The notes beneath the pieces are model-generated. The model did not search any database. It worked only from the letters and a program-made list of their open reading frames with translations, and was not told the origin of the DNA. The position numbers were made by a program, and so were the translations under genes. Positions 11,730 through 24,783 of a stretch of 64,000 bases of DNA are shown here, one piece after another; position 1 is the first letter of the stretch, and every line of letters begins with the position of its first letter. The DNA comes from Octopus bimaculoides (Eukaryota): NCBI RefSeq assembly GCF_001194135.2, contig NC_068990.1, positions 33,324,149 to 33,388,148 of the forward strand, written 5' to 3'.

Positions 11730-11892
11730 TTACAGAACAGAGTTCTATGTAGTTTCCATCTTTCACATTCTACCCACATATTGTTGGTCAGCCCATGGTT
11801 ATAATTGAGAACACTTGTCCAAAATACTAGGAAGTGAAATTGAACTTGGAATTCCATGTTTGCAGAGCAAACTCCTCAGCTACACAGCCATA
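11730..11892 (-). mobile_element. Decayed SINE family B head
   Basis: Reverse complement of TGGCTGTGTAGCTGAGGAGTTTGCT...GTTCAATTTCAC...GGACAAGTGTTCTC. Confidence 0.6.
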
Positions 11893-12414
11893 TTAGCATC
11901 CATATTGTCCATCTTGGGAAAATAAGAGATAAATTTCTACTGCATACTTCTGTTTTACCAGAGAAAAAAAGATGAAAGCCTCAACATGTCCTTTCTAAAC
12001 ACTGTTGATATCTTGTTAATGATTTCAACAATGGAAAACATAATGTAAGATGAAGATTATAAGAAAATTTCACACTAGAATGCATGTATTTATGATTGTA
12101 AATATGTGTATATGTTTCTGTGTGTGAATATATGTATGTGTTAGTGCATGTATTTTGTGAATATGCATGTTTCTGTGTTTGAGTACTTAAATATGTGTGT
12201 ACATGATTACATGTATATGTGTGTGTGTATGTGTGTAGATGTGTACAAGTATGTGTTTGTGTGCGTGAGTACACATGTGATTTTGTGATTGAGAAACATG
12301 TGTGTACATGTATGTGTTGAGTGTGTGAGTACAGGTATGTGCTTATATGTATGAGTACATAGATATATTTTTAAGTGTAAGTACATGCATGTGTTTATGA
12401 GTGCAAGTAAAAGT

Positions 12415-12752
12415 TAAAGACCCACTTTGGACACAAATGACCATGGGATTGCACCTAGAAAGTTCCCCTCTGAGGCAACAGTCCAGGCAAGGTTGTTTAT
12501 GCAAGACCAGCAGTCACCCATACATATCAGCCTTCCCCTCTCCACACCACTGATGTTATCCAAGGAAAAGGCAAAGGCTGATACAGCTTGGCATCAGTGA
12601 CACTGCAACTCATTTCTACAGATGAGAGAACTGGAGCAATGTGAAATAAAGTGTCTTGCTCAAGAACACAACACAGAGTCCAGTCAAAGAATTGAACTCA
12701 TTACCTCATGATTGTGAGCCCAACACTTTAACCACTGAGCCATGCTTGCATC
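12415..12752 (-). mobile_element. tRNA-derived SINE, family D-type head with LINE-like tail
   Basis: Minus-strand head GCATGGCTCAGTGGTTAAAGTGTTGGGCTCACAATCATGAGGTAATGAGTTCAATTC, then TGTGTTCTTGAGCAAGACACTTTATTTCACATTGCTCCAG. Confidence 0.8.
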
Positions 12753-13823
12753 TACGTAAGTACATCTATGTGTACTTACATAGATGTATTGATTTGTGAA
12801 TGTGAATAGATGTATGTGTGTTAGCATATGTATGTGTTTGTGAGTGAATACATGCATGCATTTGTATGTTTAAGTATATATACGTCTTTGTGAGTACAGA
12901 TACGTGCTTGTGAGTGAGTACAAATGTGAGTACTTGTATGTGTATGTGTATGTACATTTGTATGCATTTGTGAATTTGAGCACAAGCATGCTTGTGAGTG
13001 TACATGTATGTGTGAGTATGTGTTTGTGTGCATGAGTACACCTCTGTAGTTTTGTGCGAGCACATGCCTGTCTAACTAAGTGTGAAAGCATGTATGTCTC
13101 TGCATGTGTGAGCACAAGTATGTGTTTAAGGGTGTGAGTACATGTATTTGTTTCAGGCAGTAAGTACGTGTATAAGTTTGTATGTGTGTATATGTATGCA
13201 TTTGTTTGTGTGCATACATGTATACTCATCCATGGTTAAAAAGAAAGAAAAAAACGAAATACAAAAGTCCAAATGCACATCCACAGAAAGAATAATGTAA
13301 ATTATCCAGAAAAGCTCCAAACATAAATGTATTAGTGGTTGGTAAAGAAGGTAGAGGAACGAAGAAAACCTATCTGTCCACATCAACAGGGTCACAGTGT
13401 TGTGCTCACATTTAGATATCTTTCTTATCTGTTAAAGGAGGAATGAGGAAAAGAGCAAGAAAAATAGGATGACTATGATATAAAATATATCTAAATATAT
13501 AAAGCTGCATTATTGATTAGTGTGAAATATTGGAAATATTCTATTTTTGAAACATAGATATGAAGCAAAAAGGTGCCCTCAGAGACAATCATGGATATTT
13601 TATAATAATATATTGATATATTATGATATAAGTCTTGTTGCTGATAATAGAGGGAGGGGATAAAATAATATGCACACACAGACACACAGAGACATACAAA
13701 CACACAAAAACACATATATACACACATTCACTTAAATATACATAAATTTTCCAGTTCTGGTTCATACATATTTTTCTTATACACATGTGCTCAAAAAATG
13801 GAGAGGAGGGTCTAAAGGGAATG

Positions 13824-13873
<50 letters not shown>

Positions 13874-14788
13874 TAAAAGTGACATAGCATTTAAGATAAA
13901 ATGGGAGAACCTTAGCTATAAATTAAAGTAATCATACAGCAACAACAACAACAGATGCAACCAAATAATTAGATTTTACAATCTGAATATGCATTCTTCA
14001 ATTTAATTTGTATTCTTGGTTAATAGTTACCATGGATATGGCAAATAATTTGATTAGTTAAAAAGTTCTATCTGTTGTGCATACATGTTGAAATCCCTAG
14101 AGATGGGGTTGCTAGCAACTGAGCAGTTTTCTAGATGAACAAGTCCCCATCCACCACCACCACCTTATGTTGAGACTCTCCTTCTACTTCTTCTTCATAC
14201 TTACTCTACTGTTGCTCATCATGATGATAATATTGCAGTAGCAATGCAGATGAAGGCATTGTCTTCTCCTCAGAGGAATATATATATATATATANNNNNN
14301 NNNNNNNNNNNNNNNNNNNNNNNNNNNNNNNNNNNNNNNNNNNNNNNNNNNNNNNNNNNNNNNNNNNNNNNNNNNNNNNNNNNNNNNNNNNNNNNNNNNN
14401 NNNNNNNNNNNNNNNNNNNNNNNNNNNNNNNNNNNNNNNNNNNNNNNNNNNNNNNNNNNNNNNNNNNNNNNNNNNNNNNNNNNNNNNNNNNNNNNNNNNN
14501 NNNNNNNNNNNNNNNNNNNNNNNNNNNNNNNNNNNNNNNNNNNNNNNNNNNNNNNNNNNNNNNNNNNNNNNNNNNNNNNNNNNNNNNNNNNNNNNNNNNN
14601 NNNNNNNNNNNNNNNNNNNNNNNNNNNNNNNNNNNNNNNNNNNNNNNNNNNNNNNNNNNNNNNNNNNNNNNNNNNNNNNNNNNNNNNNNNNNNNNNNNNN
14701 NNNNNNNNNNNNNNNNNNNNNNNNNNNNNNNNNNNNNNNNNNNNNNNNNNNNNNNNNNNNNNNNNNNNNNNNNNNNNNNNNNNNNNNN

Positions 14789-14814
<26 letters not shown>

Positions 14815-14820
<6 letters not shown>

Positions 14821-14985
14821 GAAATTTACAGAAAAACAAAAGACAAAGACAGGTGTATAAACAACAAATAGGTGTAATAGTTTAATGCTCAGGAAGGTGA
14901 GAAAGTCTTTTATGTTTTGAGCCTACACTCTTCAGCAGAAAGGAACATGAGGAAATAAACAGAGAGAGAATAAAAAAAACTTTTG
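14815..14985 (-). mobile_element. (AT)n-linked short element with decayed hammerhead-like motif (14907-14943)
   Basis: Minus strand reads ccttt CTGCTGAA GAGT-GTAG-GCTC AAAAC ATA aaag; the body is homologous to 11575-11695. Confidence 0.7.
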
Positions 14986-15529
14986 GACCTAGTGGTCAGT
15001 ATGTATGTATGTATTATATGTGATTGTGTTCTGTTGTCAAAAACAGGAAACATGAATCACATGAAGTCATGTGAAAATCGAAATGCCCTGATAGGTAATG
15101 ATCTTGGACACCAACTCCCTCTTGCGAATTGTGTCACATGTCACAAAACGTCTAAGACAATATCTGGACTTCAAAGATATATGCTAGTTCACAAAAACAT
15201 TCCTTTGGAATCAGATTCCAAAGGGCAAAAGTTATAGAAGACACTTGAATAATATCTATCACTTGTATTTAAACCCTTTCAGTCAGCAGCTGGTCTTAAA
15301 AGTCATCTAAGGGCTCATCAACGGAGTGATTGTGCTGTGTGATGGAGTGTGGTGTGTGTGTTGGTGAGAAGGCTATCATCTGTCAAGATGAAGCAATCAT
15401 CATCATCATCATATATATACATATGTGTGTGTGTGAATACGAGAACGTACCCAAAAGTAACAGGAAACATCCTCTGTGGGACAAGCCCATTATAGTTCAA
15501 GCTTCTACCACTGGAAGCCACTTGATGTG

Positions 15530-16070
15530 ACACTCAGGCATCAGTATGCAGACTGGCATCATTGAGTGAAGTTGTACTGCCACATGGTGCGTCTTTGTCT
15601 TGCAGTGCTTCTTTCTTGCTCATTGATTTTTGTGATGGCTGAAATGAAGGAACAGCATGCTTCTATGAAATTCTGTTTTCTTGCCACAAGCAAAACACAA
15701 GTTTACGAGTGATTTCCACGCTTTAGGAATGGTCACTTGTCACTTGAAGACCAACCTCCTTCAAGATGACCGTTGACCTCCCGAACAAATGAAAACATCA
15801 CAAAAATTCATGAACTGATCTTGGAGGACTGCTGCCGAACAATTGATGAACTTGTTGATATGACTGGTGTGTCCTGGAACTCCTGCCAATGAATTTTGAG
15901 TGAGGAATTGCAAATGAAAAGAGTTGCAGCAAAATTTGTGTCTCACCTGCTCATGGAAGATCAAAAGCAGTCACGACTGAATGCATGGCATGAATTGAAA
16001 GAAGAATTGGAAGTTGATCTGAACCTTTTTTCAAAGATCATCACTGGTGACAAAAGCTGGTGCTATGGAA
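15530..16070 (+). mobile_element. Mariner (DD34D-type) transposase remnant, N-terminal half
   Basis: From ATG 15635: MAEMKEQHASMKFCFL...ILEDCCRTIDELVDMTGVSW...ILSEELQMKRVAAKFVSHLL...LFSKIITGDKSWCYG. Contains the HTH region, a WVPxxL-equivalent linker and the first catalytic D (TGD-SW), with stops and deletions. Confidence 0.9.
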
Positions 16071-17651
16071 TTAACAGCAAAATTTTATTCATAGCTACTT
16101 CACTTCAAGGCAAGTTGGAGGAATATTTACCTCAAATTATCTTGCAGGACAGCTAAATGGTTCACTGGTTATTTACCTTGTCTGAACTTAATATCAAAGA
16201 TGACACAACATAACACAAGAAAACACAACACAACCTAATCCAACCCAATGCAACACAACACACACACACACACACACACACGCATACAAAATCAAAACAG
16301 GTGTGAATTGATGAAGAGACCTTTATACAGGTAAACTTAAGGCTCTGCTTCATCTCATGTCACACCAACTCACACCTATTTCCTGTTTTTATTTTTACAT
16401 TTTCATTTGGGATTTACACAGATACAGACCAGAACAAGTCACCAGTTCTCATGACCATCAATACTCATAATACCAGTTACATCTTCCTCTTCTTTACTTA
16501 TGTTCTAATGTACAAAATTGGTCTTTGAAAGAGAGCCAGATGTATAATACTGATATCAATAATGTTAATAACCAAGATAGTACAACTAGTGAATAGAAAT
16601 GTTAGTAAAGTTGATAGAAAGAGAAGAGAAGAAGAGGCGGCTCTAAGATATGATCTGACTTCATCTGAAATATAGGTGAGGTGTAGATTGTTGTTGCTGT
16701 TGTTTAGCCCTAGTTCTGTCCTAATTGAGAAGAGCCAGGATGAAAGGCATTCCAGCCATGGCAATACTGTCATATTTATATTTTTAGGTGTAGTAAATCT
16801 AAAAAGACATTTAAAAAACTTAAAAGAACAGATTATGTAATGTGTCCTTTTCTTAAGACAGTAGAGTGATATTTGAAGAAGATTTAGTTGCTATTTCTAA
16901 GAAGCTGAACAGCTATGTAGAGGTTTCCCATATTGCCTATTGTAGATTATCAAACAATATGGAGGCATATGAACATATGAACAGGCAGAGTACTGTTTGA
17001 AGCAAGAAGTGAAGTTTTAATAGTTCACATGTGTGAATGGTAGAATTTTAATTTGCTGTGGGAAGGAAGCGGTAAGAATGCCCAATTACTTGAGTAATTG
17101 CCAGTTATAACCGGTTATAACCAGTTATAACTGATCATCAATGTCAGCATGGATTGGAGAATGTCTTCAGACTTTCAACTGATTTCATCTTTATTAGTCT
17201 AATTTTTCAAGAGTCTGTCAGGTTTGATGGGCAAAGATTATTAGGGATGGAAGAAAGACACAGAGAAGGAGGGACTGGGAAAAGAAATAAAATGGAGACC
17301 AACATCCATCAGTATCAAGACCAACAACAACTGTAATCATCAGTAGTCAAAGTTATATATAGTCTTCTGTTCTAGGATATTAGTTCGAAACACTCTAGGT
17401 TCAGTAATTATTTTGTGCAACTCACTCAGCTCTAATTAAACAGATGAAATATTAATTATTATTATTAAGAACTCATTGTTAATCTTGCTTAACCCAAGGT
17501 CATTTCTGATTGGGCAGACCTTTGATAAGAAGTGTTAAAAGTGTCCCATCTGTGACCATTCTGTCTTTTCTACACATATGTACATATACATCATATATAT
17601 ATATATATATATATATACATACATGCATACATACATACATATATATATATA

Positions 17652-17683
<32 letters not shown>

Positions 17684-17689
17684 CTTTAT

Positions 17690-18330
17690 TTAAAAGCAGC
17701 TGCTTTTAAATAAAGCATATTACTCTACCTCTGGTATTTGAGTACTCTTTTTTCCACCTTGTTGCACATTTCATGTGCTTACTCCGGTATATATATATAT
17801 ATATATACATATATATAAACACAAAGGTGAACATTTCTACATATTAATCAAATTGCTTATAGAACAACAAATCACTAGACAGAAATACACTGATCAACGA
17901 TCTTTACAACTTACCCGTATCCTCTTGTGAATATGCAAGCATAAGATAGACAAATTTCTATACCATCAACACCATGACATGATCCACTTATAACCTCTAC
18001 CTTCCAAACAGAAACAGGAAATACCCTAAATAACATCAACAACAAATATATTAACTTACTGATTCTTTTGTTAACCATTAAAAATTCCATGACAAAAAAG
18101 AAAATTACTAAATTTTTAAATGCTGGACTAAACTTTGGCATTTACATCACCAAAGCAAAGGATTAAATCCAATAAAACAATCTCATGAACCGAAGCTGAC
18201 ACACCTAAATACACACATCTTACAAAGATCTACATGTATGAATATGCTGGAAAATTCAATATATCACAGAAACACATTCAACTTAGATAAACAGAACCAG
18301 TCATGCAGGGGTGAATAATGAAAGTCAAAG
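17690..18330 (+). mobile_element. Probable Penelope-like element remnant
   Basis: A/C-rich decayed coding with ...NSMTKKKITKFLNAGLNFGI..., resembling the 'LL.KGLNF' motif upstream of Penelope RT. It follows an (AT)n-rich interspersed repeat. Confidence 0.4.
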
Positions 18331-18504
18331 AACCGATCCTATTAGAACACTTATCTCAATATGACCAGTTTGCAGTGACTTGTTATACTATATTAATAGA
18401 AAAATGAAAATATTATTTATTTTTTCCTGTATGTTTCCTAAAATAAGGTCAAAGACAGGTATTAGCTGTAAGAGATATGAACCAATTTTTGATGACACAA
18501 TATT

Positions 18505-18514
18505 GCTGCTGCTG

Positions 18515-18559
<45 letters not shown>

Positions 18560-18562
18560 TGA
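18505..18562. repeat. (CTA)n microsatellite
   Basis: Visible directly in the sequence. Confidence 0.95.
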
Positions 18563-19116
18563 TGCTATCAGCCAAAGATCAAAAGTTTGGATAGAGAAGT
18601 GTTGCCCATTTAATAAATTGCTGTATTTGACTGGTATTTATTTTATTGATCCATTAAAAATGACAGATGAAATAATCCTTGTCAGGATTTGAACTCAGGA
18701 CATAAATGAAGCCAAGGCAAGCTGTCAAGATATAATTATCATTAATGGCTGGAACAAAATTCATCTTGAACTCTTTTGACCAAAATATTTGCTTGAATGG
18801 AGGTGGAGAAACTATTAGAATACAAGAATCTTTAAATTGAAGTAAACAGGGTGTGGTAAATCAAAGGAAAGACAGTTAAAATAAAAGAATAATTGGAGCA
18901 GAAGCTGTAATTAAAAAGAATATGAACAAAAACATACAAATTCATGACAAGGTTTACTACATTAGTTGTAGTAAACTACGACTACTAGTTGTAAAATTAG
19001 GTACAGCCTACATCCTACATAAGTCAATTCAAACAACTTACTTTCTGAAAACAACATGTTTGTTCATTTGTTGGTATGATTTTATGCCCATTTCCCCATG
19101 CTAGCATGAATTAAAT

Positions 19117-19430
19117 CAGAAGTTCTCAACCGGGGTCCATACAAAATCTTTTGGGATCCTCACAACAAAATAGTAAATTGAGGATCCACAATAGTATATT
19201 AAGGGCCCCTAAAAAAAATTTTGCTTTAGATGTATGTATTTGTATGTATTGCAAGAAACAACCAGGTTTCTTTTTCTAACATTTTACATGTGTGAAAAAC
19301 AAAATAGCAATTTGAATGTAGGTTCTATAAAACTAGTTTTTAAACATCAAATGGCGAAGGCAATGGGGGCCCACTAGAATAGAATATTAATCAAAGGGAT
19401 CCATAGATAAAAAATGGTTAAGAACCCCTG
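19117..19430. mobile_element. hAT (Charlie-like) MITE
   Basis: Ends CAGAAGTTCTCAACC... and ...GGTTAAGAACCCCTG form imperfect TIRs. The 8-bp flanks AATTAAAT/GGTTAGAT are a plausible decayed TSD. Confidence 0.7.
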
Positions 19431-19773
19431 GGTTAGATGAATATGCTATTGGAGCAATGGTCTACAGCTGGATGGTTTTCTGGTTGCTAACCCTTAACTG
19501 ATTTAATGATTCAGGGGATTTCTTATTACATACAGGTTTGAAGGTGTAAAGCAATCACATGATTTGTTGAGAGAAGTAACTCCACCACTTGTAGCTCACA
19601 ATAGTAATGGAAATGAGTGCAAATGCAAACAAACACACAGACCTGAACATGTGCCTACAAACAACATTCATCCCCACCCCATAGACATGTACTTACATAC
19701 ACACACATATGCTTACATATATATATACACACTTGTACATACCCAAACATGCATGCACACACACACTTACATA

Positions 19774-19993
19774 TGAGGGTAGGGGCTGAAAAGTTTCTGG
19801 CTTTAAGGGTTCTTGAGAAGGGTCTGGTTGAAGGTCCAACCTTCTGAGTTTTTTTACAGGGCTTAGAAAAACTGAAGGACCATTGCAATAAGTGTGTGAA
19901 TCCGAGAGGGGAATATGTTGAATAAAATCACAATTAACCAATCCTCCTGTATTTTGTTTTACCCAAAGCCAGGAACTTTTCAGGAGTCCCTTG
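19774..19993 (+). mobile_element. Mariner-derived MITE
   Basis: TA-TGAGGG...CTGAAAAGTT-CTGGCTTT ... AAAGCCAGGAACTTTTCAG TIRs. The interior encodes FLQGLEKLKDHCNKCVNPRGEYVE*, the mariner transposase C-terminus. A second copy lies at 29396. Confidence 0.85.
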
Positions 19994-19994
19994 T

Positions 19995-20330
19995 CAGCCT
20001 GGAACTACGAAACATTTACCAAAGGTGCCACATAATTGAACTGAACTCAAAATTCTTAACCAAACAGTCATGCCTGTGTCAAAAAAGCATAAAAATTTTC
20101 CCTGACAAAATAACTACTTACACAACACATATTTTATGGAGTCACGCAAATGATATAACAAAATACATACTCACATACTACATGAACACCAGCCTACAAA
20201 ATAACACAGCAAGCATTACACAACAGTTTACTTTTACTCAAAAGAAAGCATACACTAAAACAAAAGCACTCAGAGAGCACAAACCTGCAGCAAGGCAACA
20301 CCAACATCCTCTCAACGATTAGCCAGAGAT
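19995..20330 (+). mobile_element. Possible retroelement (Penelope-like) ORF remnant
   Basis: Stop-free A/C-rich frame (...ELNSKFLTKQSCLCQKSIKIFPDKITTYTTHILWSHA...). The composition is retroelement-like but no diagnostic motif is recognised. Confidence 0.25.
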
Positions 20331-20439
20331 TATTTTTAAAATGAGAATATCTGAAAAACTCGACTTCTCTCATAAACGAGAATACTAAAAATGAACCCAA
20401 CCGCTCTCAAAAATTAAGTAAAAAAACAAGCAAAATAAT

Positions 20440-20632
20440 CTAGAATCTTTGTCTGGTATCAGATCGATTCCAAAATCTAATCAGTTTGTGCAAGTCATGA
20501 GGCCAAACATCCCTGAAAGTTTCATCCGAATCCATCCAGTGGTTCTTGAGATATCTTGTCCATGGACAAACAAACAAGCAAACAAACATGACCGTAAACA
20601 ATACCTCCACCTTCGCTAAGGCAGAGGTAATA
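20440..20632. mobile_element. Non-autonomous DNA element end with (ACAA)n and terminal hairpin (HINE/Helentron- or Crypton-type)
   Basis: AAAGTTTCATCCGAATCCATCCAGTGGTTCTTGAGATATCTTG...(ACAA)n...TACCTC-CACCTTCGCTAAGGC-AGAGGTA stem-loop at 20602-20629. The superfamily assignment is uncertain. Confidence 0.55.
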
Positions 20633-21299
20633 ACATAAAAACAACTACAGAAACACAACAACAACACAGTCAAACAGATGCAAATAAAAAAACATAGAAT
20701 TCTACATCCTCCCAGATGAAAATGCTACACACACCTTAAGAACATAGAAGTGCTGAAAGAACTTGGATAAAACTGCTGAAAGCATGATAATGGTGGTGGT
20801 GGTGGTGGTGGTGCTGCTGCTGCTGCTGATGATGATGATGATGATATCCTAGTATGACAGTCATTATAATTATTGTTAAGGTCCTTATTTATATTTGTTG
20901 TCCTTGTTAATAATGTTGTTGTTGTTGCAAAATGTCTGTTTATTCCTAATTAGGAAGATCTATTTTTAGACCCAGAATAGATTCCATGATATACATATAT
21001 GTCCATGTGTGTATATATATAAAATTATAAGTATTATTATTGTCGGTGTTGCTAATATAAATAAAGTAAGAGACAGGTATAGATTAACATCCACTTACAA
21101 CAACCAAACAATGATGCCATATAAGCACTTTATTACCTTCTGAACTTTCAGTGGTGTTGAGTGTCCACTTGGTGATATTTTCTTCTATCATACTGGCTTT
21201 TAGAGACAGTACATATGTAAAAATTTACACTTCCTTCTCCAAGCCAAGATTCAAAACCAAATCTAAGAATTCTTAGTCATCCAAACCACCACGATCAAC

Positions 21300-21610
21300 A
21301 GGCGCGAAAAAAGGTCTTCTTTGCCGTCAAAAAGTGATTGATCATCTCCCTTTGACCTACGACCTCAGCCATGTCAGGTGAAGTTCAAATGGACAGGAAC
21401 TGACCTATTTCGGTACAAACTCTGCTGCAGTATGTCTGTCCTTCTAGCTTCCACGATTATTATAAATACAGTGGTCAGCAGAGGGACGGACAAGAAGAAA
21501 GGCCTAGCAGGCAAAAGAGAAAGGTCTACGACATGACAGAAGGTTTTGGCAGACTGCAGAGGCCAAGAGAAATGTTCGAAGTTCCACGGTAGACTACTGT
21601 CTCAGATGAA

Positions 21611-21640
<30 letters not shown>
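21300..21640 (+). repeat. CpG-retaining LTR-like segment with TATA box
   Basis: Locally higher GC/CpG, TATAAATA at 21461-21468, then a purine-rich stretch ending in (CA)n. Confidence 0.35.
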
Positions 21641-21647
<7 letters not shown>

Positions 21648-23844
21648 TATTCATTCTGACATATCACTTCCACAGATGTACCCTGTTTCTATTTCTAGTA
21701 ACTCATAGCAGTTGTCAACATTTTGCATGTACGAGTAGTGAAGAATTATGAGTACCAACGACAAATTAAGTCCAGTGAATAAATTATTTTAACTATGAAT
21801 CGATTCACTCATTTGTTTACTTCAAAGGCATACATATTCCTTTTACATCTGTTCACCTGACACAAACATTTAACCACTACATATACATTATCACTCTAGT
21901 AGAAGAGTACAGTGGTATATAGGGATTCTGTGTTGTAAAAGGGTACAATAGTGTATGGAATTCAGTATCATAGTTTGAAGAGAGATACAATATTTTATTT
22001 GGGCATAGCATTGTATAGGGGTACAGTGTGGAGTAGAGGGAATTTAACTCTGTTTTCACAATGAAGCTATTAAGTGTCAGTTTTTGTTTGGGAGGAAAAG
22101 AGTAAATAGGTGCTATGACATTTATATTGTTATGAATACCTCATGATATTATACCTGAGGATGGCCAAAAGGAATCAGTAACATATAGTATGTACTAAAA
22201 ACTGAAACTAACATAATCTGCTAATTCGTATGTAGGAGATTCTCTCCTCCTCTATATAACTTGCTCTACACACAATAATCCACTTATATATTTACATTTA
22301 CTTCTGTAACAACAAGCAATAACTGATAGTTTGGTTTCTATTGAACTTCCATTTGTAACTGAATTTAACTGTAAAGAAAGCCACAGTAGTGCTAAGTGAG
22401 TGTAATGGTTTAATATGAAGATATCCAACATGTTGAATGTTAGAAACTTTACAATGATTTACTGTTTTTCCCAATGAATACAACCAATATCTGCCTCAAT
22501 AAACTCTATCCACACCATGCAAGATTCGAAAAATGGACATAAAAATGATGTTGATGACGATGATGCTGATTATTTGTTGTGGATGACCCATCACACAAGA
22601 CTGCCTGTTTGTACCAGCTATAATCCCCATTACATGATGCATGTTTCTCATCCCAAAGCATCATTTTATGCCCACACCTTAATGTGTAAAAGGCATAACC
22701 TGGCCAAATATTAAACTACTCTTTAAAGTCCCTAATAACTTCACCAATTTCCCCTGCTTGCATACAATCAACACGACCCACAGGCATCACAAAAATACCA
22801 TTTCTGTTTAAACTTTATCAATTAAAATGTTAATATTCAAATATTTCGACAATTTATTCAAAATATTTGAAGCATTAAGCATGAACTACTACAATCATTT
22901 TATTACCAGCTAAAAGTAAAAACAAATAAACGAGAAGAAAATATTAGTTTTAGGTCAACATTGCAACTTGGTTTTCGAGATTATGGTCTCAGTTATTACT
23001 GCTGCTTTTAAGTCGTCTTTCTCATCAATGTAATGATTGTTTTTACAGAAATATTTGAATTTGTTTATGAATATCACATGTGATTAATGCTACTGTTGCA
23101 AATTCTGTTCTTTATTTATTTCTGTTAATACTGATAATTAAGTTTTATGTTTCATTCTCTTTCCAATAGTATGTAGCTGAAGAAAGCCAGAAAATTATCT
23201 TCACAAAAATTCCTAACAATTAAACAGAAGAAAAAAAATAGAAAACAAAAGCAATAGAACCATTAATTAAATTAAATTTCTCCAGCAATATCAATAATGT
23301 CTTTGGTAACATACCTTTAACTACAATTTAATTTTAAAAAGATGTCACTTGTTAAGGTTTCCTCCATCTGTAAAAGTACATCAGAATCTCCAAGTTAACC
23401 GGAATATATTGTACATCAGGTAATACTGATTAATGAAGCCAATTACACAAACAGGAAGCCGTTTCCTACATTTATAATGGGACTTTTATGACTGTGGGCC
23501 CTTTCATAATAAAGTGTCAAGTGTAATCATGGAAAGATTTAAAGTTAATCTGTCATGCCAAGAATATTGATACAAGGAATGAATGTTGTTTCATAAATAA
23601 ATGTCACGTCCTTAATATGGCAATGTATGATTGTTCAGATAGAACAGGACTAGTAGCATATGGTAATTTAAACAGAAGTATATTGCTATGATATATGGCA
23701 ATTTAAATAGCAGCATATAGATATAGTATAGTGTTTAGATATAGCAGTGTATGTATTCTATTGTGATTCAACTAAGCAGTATATCGATAGAATATTGTGC
23801 ATATGCTAATCTAATTGGTAGTATACTGCAGTTTAAATAACAGA

Positions 23845-23899
<55 letters not shown>

Positions 23900-24439
23900 A
23901 TATGAGGGTAGCTGCAATTTCAGTCACTGCTTACAGGAATGATTTGCTCCTGTCATGCAATAACTATTTACAGCCAGCTGGAATAACCTATTTGGGAGTT
24001 AAGTGTTTAGAATTCAATATATATCATGTAATTGTAGTGCCAGTTAGAAAATATGACCTTTTCATTGTGATCTAGTCATGAATACCCTATGAATAATTTC
24101 TGTAATTAAATCTTTAAAATATACATATTTTCATGCACATCATATGAAAATGTAAACATCATATAAAGGTGTTTGAAGAAAGCAGTCAACATAAAAGATG
24201 TCAATTTTCACCAATATATAAGTTATGAAATTTATATTTGATGCAATATACAAAGTTGTGGGAAATTCAAACAAGACTTGTCAGTGAATCATGGTAGAAA
24301 ATAAATTCCGGATGTATGCATTTGGGACAGCAATATTTGTAGATATGTAACTAAGCCCTAAGGGTGAAGGGCAGTAGAGAAGTGAATTCTAGACATGTAC
24401 ATTTGGGATCAAAGAGCAGATTCTCTGTCAACAGACTCA

Positions 24440-24780
24440 GTAGAATGCAGAAGTAAGTAATGATACAGGGTGATACTGTTTGAGGAAGAAATGGTTGCAT
24501 ATCATCAAATTAGAAAATAACAACCAAGTCTTTGTAAAGTACTCACTGAAGTTAAAGAGATGGTCAGAATATGATAGCAATTCTAATGTGAGTAGTGCAA
24601 GAGGAGGAAAGGTTGTGAAGCTGAGACTGGTGTGTGAGGTAAATTTTAAAGATGGATAGAGGCTGTTGGCAGAAGAATTGAAGGTAACGAGTTCATCTGT
24701 TGAAGCAATTGTAATTGATGAGGTAACCATAGAATACAGGGCAGGCCAAGTGAGATGGGCCTCCAATGTGGCCCACAAAG
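24440..24780 (-). mobile_element. Penelope-like RT remnant (C-terminal RT region)
   Basis: ORF 24437..24778(-): ...ASTDELVTFNSSANSLYPSLKFT..., similar to the Penelope/Neptune 'L..F....N.FHP.LKFT' motif. Confidence 0.7.
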
Positions 24781-24783
24781 AGA

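Noticed and set aside
17911-18020. Minus-strand exon-like segment with a perfect GG|gtaagt donor
   Set aside because: It lies antisense within a probable Penelope-like remnant, with no supporting neighbouring exons.
23315-23370. Minus-strand segment with good acceptor and donor (tttacag|ATGGAGG...TTAAAG|gtatgt)
   Set aside because: There are stops in all three frames. It could be non-coding but has no other support.
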